From assembly GCA_963706575.1 (NCBI GenBank), contig CAVPNL010000012.1, positions 160,001 to 224,000 on the forward strand: DNA of 64,000 nucleotides, read 5' to 3'. The position numbers were made by a program, and so were the translations under genes. Under the pieces are notes generated by a model. That model was not told where the DNA came from. It did no database searches and saw only the letters and a program-made list of their open reading frames with translations. This DNA is from an uncultured delta proteobacterium (lineage in GTDB: Bacteria; Desulfobacterota; Desulfobacteria; Desulfobacterales; JAHEIW01). This document shows positions 53,581 to 60,683 of the stretch, piece by piece; positions within the stretch are counted from its first letter, which is position 1, and every line of letters starts with the position of its first letter.

Positions 53581-54244
53581 ACCATCCCTCTGAAGAAGCA
53601 TCTGAATTGGAGGAAAACACTTGTTCTGTATCCATCTGCGAAACCCCTGATGAAAATAAACTATCCTCCGCGTATGTCGATTGTGGGTCTCTCACACCCA
53701 AAAAAACCGTCTTAGGTCTCTGTGTGCAAGGATTAGAGATTTGCTGCAACCTGACTTTGTAATCGTCTTGATAAAACTCAGCAATAATTTGATAGAACAT
53801 CTTTGTTTCTTGAAGACGTATCTCAGATAGATTTTTCAGTATTTTTTGCGAATCTTCAATCTTTATTCCCTTATAAATCATATAGGTAGCTCTAATTAAT
53901 CGGTCATTTGTCTCGCTGTGATTTTGAAGGTCATTTTCCCATTTTGAATAAGTTGTGCTCCCTACCCCCAAAGCAGATGCAAATTTTTTTGATGGAAAAT
54001 GCATATTTTTTCTTAAAAATTTAATTTCGCTACCATTTAGCAAAGAATGTTTTTCCAAAAGAACCGACGCAATTAAATCGCTCAGATATCCCACTCGAAA
54101 AATTGAAGGGTACATTATGCCGCAATTGCACTCATAAACGGGAATATTATGGATATTTACGTTGTATAGACCAGATTCTCTATACCAATAATCCCCTATT
54201 TTCGGCTGAATTAATTTGCCACAACCGGGACATTTATTTTTCAT
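53555..54244 (-). CDS. YgiT/MqsA-type zinc-finger-HTH antitoxin with C-terminal extension
   Basis: CPGC...YECNCG zinc finger; EIKFLRK...FASALGV..TTYSKWEN Xre-type HTH. Confidence 0.85.
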   Translation of the reverse strand: MKNKCPGCGKLIQPKIGDYWYRESGLYNVNIHNIPVYECNCGIMYPSIFRVGYLSDLIASVLLEKHSLLNGSEIKFLRKNMHFPSKKFASALGVGSTTYSKWENDLQNHSETNDRLIRATYMIYKGIKIEDSQKILKNLSEIRLQETKMFYQIIAEFYQDDYKVRLQQISNPCTQRPKTVFLGVRDPQSTYAEDSLFSSGVSQMDTEQVFSSNSDASSEGWYASEKTEM

Positions 54245-54253
54245 TATACAGTC

Positions 54254-54562
54254 CTATTTGTCCATGATTGTTATACAAGCCACTTCTCGATGACCAACTA
54301 TTACTGTTACTACAGTTGCCTTATCACCATCAATTGCATAACCGGTGGCCTTATATTTCCAATCATCATGCTTTTTATCATATTCTGGGGCTTCGGTAAC
54401 CATGCAATTCGAAAGCAGGTATTCTAGATCCTGCATATCGAATCCCCTTTCTTTCATTCTTTCCTGGCAATGAGATCTTGGTGTAATCCATCCCAATTTA
54501 GCAATCTCCCTGATTTTTTGCTGGGCCTTTTGTGGTGAAAGTCTATATTTATTATCGGTCAT
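54254..54562 (-). CDS. DUF4258 family (RelE/MqsR-fold) toxin
   Basis: SHCQERMKERG..MQD, WKYKATG and CITI motifs; lies upstream of the antitoxin. Confidence 0.8.
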   Translation of the reverse strand: MTDNKYRLSPQKAQQKIREIAKLGWITPRSHCQERMKERGFDMQDLEYLLSNCMVTEAPEYDKKHDDWKYKATGYAIDGDKATVVTVIVGHREVACITIMDK

Positions 54563-54583
54563 AACAACAAAAAGTCAAGAGAA

Positions 54584-54606
54584 AAAGTTGGTTTTAAACC
54601 AACTTT
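54584..54606. promoter_or_regulatory. perfect 11-1-11 palindrome, probable antitoxin operator
   Basis: AAAGTTGGTTT-T-AAACCAACTTT immediately upstream of the toxin gene. Confidence 0.65.
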
Positions 54607-55044
54607 ACAAAAACTCACGGGTTCATATTTCATCATGGGGATATCTATTTTAAATTTTTAAAACCGTTCTGTGCAAGAAAAAAATAAAAACCCCGACCGA
54701 AATCGAGGCTTAAAAAAATGACATAAAAATGACAATCACACAAAATACTGACAATCAATTTAAAGCCCTATTCCAAATTGGAACTTTAAAAACGGCATGA
54801 AAATATTCCATGTCAGTTAATGTCAGTTCTGATGGTTTTCAGTTTAATTCTAATCCCCCAACTTATTGTATTCCTATATAAAATAAATTTTTGGCCTCCT
54901 GATTTAAAGTCAAGCGAACATTCAACTGCTTGAGCGGTCAAAATTTTGACAACCACCGGTTGCTCCCAATTGATTTTCTCTCCCAATCATAGCGCAGCGC
55001 TTAAGCTCTCAATTATTTCGCAGGGTAGTATGCCGGTATAATAT

Positions 55045-55060
55045 TGGCATGGAAATTGAA
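55045..55060 (+). promoter_or_regulatory. sigma54-like promoter
   Basis: TGGCAT-GGAAA-TTGAA. Confidence 0.45.
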
Positions 55061-55248
55061 TTAAAAATTATCGAGTGCCCATGGACGTTCAAACAGCTTT
55101 AACCCGTGCGGCATTTGTCTCAAGGGTCTTAACGCCCAGGAAGACGCTCCTCCTTTCACCGCCCCCGGGGCCTAGCTCACCCCGGGGGCCAACATGATAT
55201 CAGCGTTATGGATTAAAAAGTCCTATAAAATGAAAGGTTTAACAAATC

Positions 55249-55440
55249 ATGATTTGCGTGGTGGAATACGGCGAACACATCGGAACCCTGAGAAACCTTT
55301 TTCCCGACAGCCAGCAGGCGCTTGTTTTTGCGAAATGGATTATTGCTTTATCCGATGGTGAATATCGATGTATCGGACCGCATCAGTGGTACTGTCAGGA
55401 GAAAAAGGAATATGTCAAAATCGAAGGCATGGGGAATTGA
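55249..55440 (+). CDS. small hypothetical protein
   Basis: 63-aa ORF with upstream AAAGG. Confidence 0.55.
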   Translation: MICVVEYGEHIGTLRNLFPDSQQALVFAKWIIALSDGEYRCIGPHQWYCQEKKEYVKIEGMGN

Positions 55441-55566
55441 AATTTCATCTAACCCGGATTTCGGATAATGGATGAATTTTTCAGTTAAAGTTTTCTCTAA
55501 AAGGACCGATCATTAGAACAACAGTGTGCAGGCGGGCACGCTGTTTGATATAATTCCTTAGGGAGG

Positions 55567-55600
55567 GGGTGGCTCGTAATGGGCCACCCCTATTTTTTTG
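55567..55600 (+). terminator. intrinsic terminator
   Basis: GGGGTGGCTC-GTAAT-GGGCCACCCC followed by a T-run. Confidence 0.65.
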
Positions 55601-55880
55601 CTTTTTCTCGCCGATCCATAAAAAAACCACCTCTTGACCGCATAGGCTTCCCGAAAACATGAATGATATCGCATTCAGTACCGCAGCGCATAGGGTTGAC
55701 CCGTTCAAAATGAAATCCTATAGTACCATCAGCACATTGGACAGAAAACTCGTAAATTTGTCAAATGGTTGACTGGTTAAATAGTCAAAATTGAAAATGT
55801 CCACATACGAATTAACCATTCAACGATTTAACTATTTAACTAAAGCCTAGCGCTTATTTCATGGACAAAAAGGGATCCAA

Positions 55881-56303
55881 ATGATCATGCGAAATCCTGT
55901 TGCTGCGGCCGTTTTGATCACGGCACTGATGGCTGGCAATCATTTTGGCCCGTTGGCGGCTTCAGCAGCTTCAATTGAAGTGCCCCGCATTTCCATTGAA
56001 CGCACCAAACAGATGCTTGCCAACCCGGATGTGGTTATCATCGATGTGCGTACGGTAAAAACCTGGTGGCGCAGTCCCACCAAAATCGAAAATGCGGTAA
56101 GAGAAGAGCCCGGCTCGCTGGAGCGCTGGGCGGAAAAGTACCCCAAAGATAAAACCCTGATTTTTTATTGCACCTGAAAAAATGAGAGAACCAGTGCCCG
56201 GGCGGCACGGCATTTCATAAAAAAAGGCTATCCGAATGTATACGCCCTTAAAGGCGGCTGGTATGCCTGGAAAAAGGCGGGGTACCCGGTAGAAAAAAAA
56301 TAA
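55881..56303 (+). CDS. exported rhodanese-domain selenoprotein (in-frame TGA at 56175-56177)
   Basis: IIDVR...IFYCT-TGA-KNERTSARAA...VYALKGGWYAWKKAGYPVEKK completes the rhodanese domain in the same frame. Confidence 0.85.
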
Positions 56304-56420
56304 GCTTGAAAAATAATTTCTCAGGATATATGTTTTTGGCGGCCACCCCCCTTTTTGAATTCAGAAAAGCAAAAACTCCGGATTATTGTTTACAGCTGGT
56401 ATTTTTCGGGAGAATCATCC

Positions 56421-56621
56421 ATGAGTGGTTTGGATAACTTAATCGCCTTCATCGATAACGGCGGCACCCGCTCGGGCTCTGAGAGACGGCGTTTTTTTGA
56501 AAACGAGTATATGCCCGAAAGACGAATGCGGTATGATCGCAGAAGCGGTGCCGATCGCAGAAGGTCCCTCAACAAAAAAAGAAAGCAGGGTAAAGAGCGC
56601 CGCACCATATTTGTTGACTGA
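56421..56621 (+). CDS. small Arg-rich [DE]RR-repeat protein
   Basis: DNGGTRSGSERR...PERR..YDRRSGADRR; RBS GGGAGA. Confidence 0.7.
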   Translation: MSGLDNLIAFIDNGGTRSGSERRRFFENEYMPERRMRYDRRSGADRRRSLNKKRKQGKERRTIFVD

Positions 56622-57206
56622 CACGCTTGCCTGAAAACCAAACACCCGGCAAAACGCTGCCCGCATACCCCCTCTCGCAATCCTCAGGCTGTTAAATCAA
56701 ACTGCCCAGCCATCCCTCGCATCTGATCGCCCGATCGCCCGTGACCATTTTGGACGGAACCGATGGCACCGCTGCTGGCCATATTGATTTCAGGCTTTTG
56801 TAACTTCAACCCTACATTTGGCTCTTCACATATACCCACAAAGGAGTTGGTGCACGTATTCAACAGTTAAGAATACCCTCCATAAATTTTTCCTAACAAA
56901 GCGAATTCGATAAAATCGGCTTATATTAACCAAGGTGCGTCGTTCGGGACGGCCTACAAACCCCGGCCCCAAATGACGAGCTGCCGGTTTGTCAACGATT
57001 TTGGAATTTAAATCGTCCATTGATTTAGATCAAACAGCCCAACCTGGCAAAGTGATAAATAGGCCGCTAAGATTCGTTCGAAGCGTTTTTGTCCCGGCAT
57101 CTGAAAAGAGATACCGGCATTTATTGATTTTTGAAGGAGGATTCATGGCGGACGCGAAATTTGGAACCGGATCACCGGAATCCGCGCCGTCTGGATCGGC
57201 AATAAC

Positions 57207-57485
57207 ATGGCTAAATGCATAGCGGATGAGAAAAACAGTTGTCTGCTCCGTAAAGATGATTACGAAGTCCGGCTGGAGTGCGCAAACTACTGCGTGGCAG
57301 GCTTGATGTCGCGTTGCAGCGCCGGCACGGTCTGGAAAGATCAGAATAGATGCAAATTCGCTGAAAAATCAACCGTTAGCAATCGATGCATGCATTATAT
57401 TGAAGCCATCGGCGGTCACTGTGACTGCGAGCAAGCCCAGAGAGAGCTCAGATGTATCCTGCATGCCAAAGACGATAAGCTTTAG
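57207..57485 (+). CDS. small Cys-rich protein
   Basis: Ten Cys in 92 aa. The strongest RBS precedes an out-of-frame ATG at 57145, so the start is uncertain. Confidence 0.6.
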   Translation: MAKCIADEKNSCLLRKDDYEVRLECANYCVAGLMSRCSAGTVWKDQNRCKFAEKSTVSNRCMHYIEAIGGHCDCEQAQRELRCILHAKDDKL

Positions 57486-57525
57486 CGCTTTGTATCGATC
57501 TGCTGAATCGCAACGATCTGGCATT

Positions 57526-57562
57526 AAAAAACCCCCGGGCAGCCCTCACACCACCCGGGGGT
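57526..57562 (-). terminator. intrinsic terminator (minus strand, possibly bidirectional)
   Basis: ACCCCCGGG/CCCGGGGGT stem with A6 on the + strand. Confidence 0.65.
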
Positions 57563-57742
57563 GATTTAATTGTGGCCACAGTGAAACATGATCAAAATCC
57601 GAATTCAACTCGTTTAACGATGCCCCGTCGCTGTTCACTATGACCGATGTGGGCAAAACCACTAAGGGGGCTTGCCCTGCCTGCCCTCAAATGATTATTA
57701 CCAATGGCCAGCAACAATCATCTTTGTGCTGTAATATTTTTA

Positions 57743-57788
57743 TCACAATATATTGATAAATGTCAAGAAAAAATACTATATGTTGTAT
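57743..57788. promoter_or_regulatory. tandem NrdR-like boxes flanking a minus-strand TTGACA
   Basis: CAATATATTG (57746-57755) and CTATATGTTG (57776-57785); TGTCAA at 57761-57766. Confidence 0.55.
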
Positions 57789-57838
57789 ATCTATGCGCTT
57801 ATCGACAACCGTAAATTGCGCTAAAATCAAACTTTAAT

Positions 57839-58085
57839 TAGAGGTGGTTTCAAAACCTCAGATTAGGTTCAAGGGTCCCGCTGCAGCGGGATTACATATC
57901 TTATCTTAAAAATATTAATGTATGCATCAAGCGCAGGCCGATCGGGAAAGCGCAGTCCGCCTGAGGCGGATGAGCATTTACCGGAGGCCTGTGCTGCACC
58001 CTAATCTAAAACAATCAGATGCGAATCCCGCTTAGCGGGGCAACGCAGCCATTGGGCCTTAGATGGGGTTTTGAAACCACTTCTA
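57839..58085. mobile_element. MITE-like element with three nested mini-palindromes
   Basis: TAGAGGTGGTTTCAAAACC / GGTTTTGAAACCACTTCTA ends; hairpins at 57876, 57956 and 58027. Confidence 0.75.
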
Positions 58086-58212
58086 TTAAATATGAGCATC
58101 TATTGACGAATTATCCAGAAATAGGGCAATATGGCTTTATTCGTTTAATTTTATGTTTATTATTGAACTTTAAAGCCTTTTTCAGGGACTTTTTTAGACT
58201 TTTAGGAGCAAA

Positions 58213-59661
58213 ATGCTGATAAAAATAAAAACACGAATGATTCTTTGGGTGGTTCTGATAGTCGCGATTTCCTCACCGGTCACGGCAGTCACCGATTTGA
58301 CCGAGCTGGTAAAATCCATCCAGCCGGCGGTAGCCACTGTCGTTGTCTATGATGTGAATCGCAATGTCGCCAATCTGGGTACCGGATTCTTCATTGATAA
58401 AACCGGAATTTTAGTAACGAATCATCATGTGCTTCTGGGAAAATTCAGCGCTGAAATCAGAACAGCCGACGGCAGCACCTACCCCGTAAAAACAGTGATT
58501 GCCGAGGATCAAGCAACCGATTTGATAAAAGTCAGGGTCGATATCCCACCCGAAAAGGTCCACTGGTTACCCGTGAGCGCTGAGCCGCCCCTGGTGGCCC
58601 AACACGTGGTTGTCGTAGGCAGCCCGATGGGACTCGAGCAATCTGTCAGTGACGGGATTGTTTCTTCGGTGCGGGAGATACCGGGCCTGGGGACCTTTTA
58701 CCAGATGTCCGCCCCGATATCCCCCGGTTCCAGCGGCAGTCCGGTTGTCAATCTGAAGGGAAACGTTGTCGGTGTGGCAACCTTTCAATTTTTACAGGGT
58801 CAAAATCTAAACTTTGCCATAGCGGGCAATTCCATCCTTGACCTGAAAACCGATAAACCCGGGCAATCACTCTCGGAATGGACCTTCAAACAAAGCAATA
58901 AAAAGTCCCGATTGGCGGAGGAGATGTGCCGCAAAGGATTCAGTTTTTCGATAGGCGGGCAGGATCAGAAAGCCCTCGAATATTTTAAGATGGCAACCGA
59001 AAATGACCCGAACAGTACGACGGCATGGTACGGTCTCGGATATTGTTACGCCGGTAAAGATTCCCACACGGATGCCATCGAAGCGTATAAACAGGCCATT
59101 CGAACAGATCCGACAAACGAGACCTCCCATTTCCATCTGGGAAATTACTACTTCAAAATCGGTCGCTACGAGGACGCGATCGAAACATTCAAACAGGTGG
59201 TTTTGATAAATCCTGAATTCGAAGCCGCGTATTTTAACATCGGATTGATTTACAACAGGGTGGGCCGCGATGAGGAGGCAAAAAAAGCATTCGAAAATGT
59301 GGTTCGCCTCAATCCGCAATCCAAAACAGCCTATTATAATATCGGGGTGGCTTCCACCAAACTGGGCCAATATGAACAGGCTGCCGTCGCTTACCAAAAA
59401 GCAATCGACATCCAGCCGGAATTTGCCGAGGCGCTTTTTAATCTGGGTTTTGTTTACGGCGAGCTGGGCAATACTCAGGATGAAATGGAAGCATATAAAA
59501 AAACCATCCGGGTTGATCCGGATTTTGCGCCCGCTCATTATGCCATCGGGCAGGCCTATTTAGATCAGGGAGATAAGGCCTCCGCACTGGATCAATATAA
59601 AATCCTTAAAAAACTCGATAGCGATATGGCCGATAAATTATTTGAAAAGATTTATCGCTGA
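58213..59661 (+). CDS. exported trypsin-like serine protease with TPR repeats
   Basis: GTGFFI, TNHHV, TDL and PGSSGSPV motifs, then many TPRs. Confidence 0.92.
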   Translation: MLIKIKTRMILWVVLIVAISSPVTAVTDLTELVKSIQPAVATVVVYDVNRNVANLGTGFFIDKTGILVTNHHVLLGKFSAEIRTADGSTYPVKTVIAEDQATDLIKVRVDIPPEKVHWLPVSAEPPLVAQHVVVVGSPMGLEQSVSDGIVSSVREIPGLGTFYQMSAPISPGSSGSPVVNLKGNVVGVATFQFLQGQNLNFAIAGNSILDLKTDKPGQSLSEWTFKQSNKKSRLAEEMCRKGFSFSIGGQDQKALEYFKMATENDPNSTTAWYGLGYCYAGKDSHTDAIEAYKQAIRTDPTNETSHFHLGNYYFKIGRYEDAIETFKQVVLINPEFEAAYFNIGLIYNRVGRDEEAKKAFENVVRLNPQSKTAYYNIGVASTKLGQYEQAAVAYQKAIDIQPEFAEALFNLGFVYGELGNTQDEMEAYKKTIRVDPDFAPAHYAIGQAYLDQGDKASALDQYKILKKLDSDMADKLFEKIYR

Positions 59662-59677
59662 GACACAATTTATGGTA

Positions 59678-59956
59678 CTATAAGCTATCTCAAAATTAGC
59701 AGTTCATCTTGGAAGACCGAGAAAAACAAGTTCCAAAGGTGCTCTAAAATTAGAAGTGCCTAAAATGACTAAAATGAATTAAAATGCCTAAAATTATGGT
59801 TTCGCTGCGCTCCATCTTTGATTTAATATGATAGAATTCCTCAACTTTAGGCATTTTAGATCATTTCAAATTTTAGTGCATTTGTTGTTATAAGCACTTT
59901 TTTTAGGTTTAAAACTTTAGCATCCGATGTTAAATGCATTTTTGAAATAGGTACTA
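59678..59956. mobile_element. about 280-bp composite MITE-like repeat, copy 2
   Basis: Flanks collinear with 32642-32943; central core in the opposite orientation. Confidence 0.8.
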
Positions 59957-60451
59957 ATGAACGAAGAATACATCCAGCTGCCAAATCGGGTTGATCACAA
60001 TTGTTTCGGCTGCAGTCCGGTGAACACATCCGGTCTGCGGATGACCTTTTATACAAACGAAACAGCGGTATACTCAAAAGTAACGGTACCTGAACATCTC
60101 AGCGGCTGGAATAACCTGGTTCACGGTGGCGTCCTGACCACGATTCTGGACGAAATCATGAGCTGGTCCGCGATCTATTTGCTCAAACGGGTAACCATGA
60201 CAAAATCCATGACCGTTGATTTCCTCAAGCCGGTTTACGTTGGCAATCCATTAAAAGCCGAAGGCCTGGTTTTGGAAAAAAAAGGCAAACACGAGGCTTT
60301 AATGCAAGGGCGGATTTATAATAAAGAGGATGTTTGCTGTGCCAGTGCCACCGGAACCTTTGCCGTTTTTTCGCCGGCCGTGGCCAAACGGCTGAGTATC
60401 ACCGATGACGAATCGTCGAAATGGTTTGAGCGAATTTTCAACCTCACTTGA
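59957..60451 (+). CDS. PaaI family thioesterase
   Basis: CFGC...N..GL and VHGG...ILDE motifs. Confidence 0.9.
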   Translation: MNEEYIQLPNRVDHNCFGCSPVNTSGLRMTFYTNETAVYSKVTVPEHLSGWNNLVHGGVLTTILDEIMSWSAIYLLKRVTMTKSMTVDFLKPVYVGNPLKAEGLVLEKKGKHEALMQGRIYNKEDVCCASATGTFAVFSPAVAKRLSITDDESSKWFERIFNLT

Positions 60452-60460
60452 GGTTGAAAA

Positions 60461-60678
60461 AGGTGTCAGAAAAAATAAGAACTGAGGACTGAGCAAAAAA
60501 GCCTGCTTGGTGGCTGACCATTTCAACATGACGTGTCGGTTTCCGTCATGAATCGTCCTCCTGGGGCCATGAGTTGTCATTTTCCGTCCGTGAGCTGGCA
60601 CGGCCATTTTGTGCCCCTTTCTATTTCGATACACCTCAGACCTCAGCACTCAGTCCTCAGTCCTATTTTTTGACACCT
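60461..60678. repeat. heptamer-array inverted repeat between convergent genes
   Basis: AGGTGTCA...ACTGAGGACTGAG mirrored by CTCAGTCCTCAGT...TGACACCT. Confidence 0.65.
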
Positions 60679-60683
60679 GTAAC

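Larger units (their letters stand above)
44090..54913. mobile_element. integrated genomic island bounded by a 17-bp direct repeat
   Basis: TCCTGATTTAAAGTCAA at 44090-44106 and 54897-54913. CATGTCAGTT(A)ATGTCAGTTCT at 44207 and 54809. Accessory cargo. Confidence 0.7.

Noticed and set aside
56930..56992. c-di-GMP-I riboswitch (GGGACG, GGCCTACAAA, GCTGCCG fragments)
   Set aside because: The GCAAA/GAAA tetraloop core and the CAAAGC junction are missing. An Rfam scan would be needed.
59674..59956. GGTACTA on both sides of repeat copy 2 as a target-site duplication
   Set aside because: The right-hand copy overlaps the terminal inverted repeat and copy 1 has no equivalent duplication.
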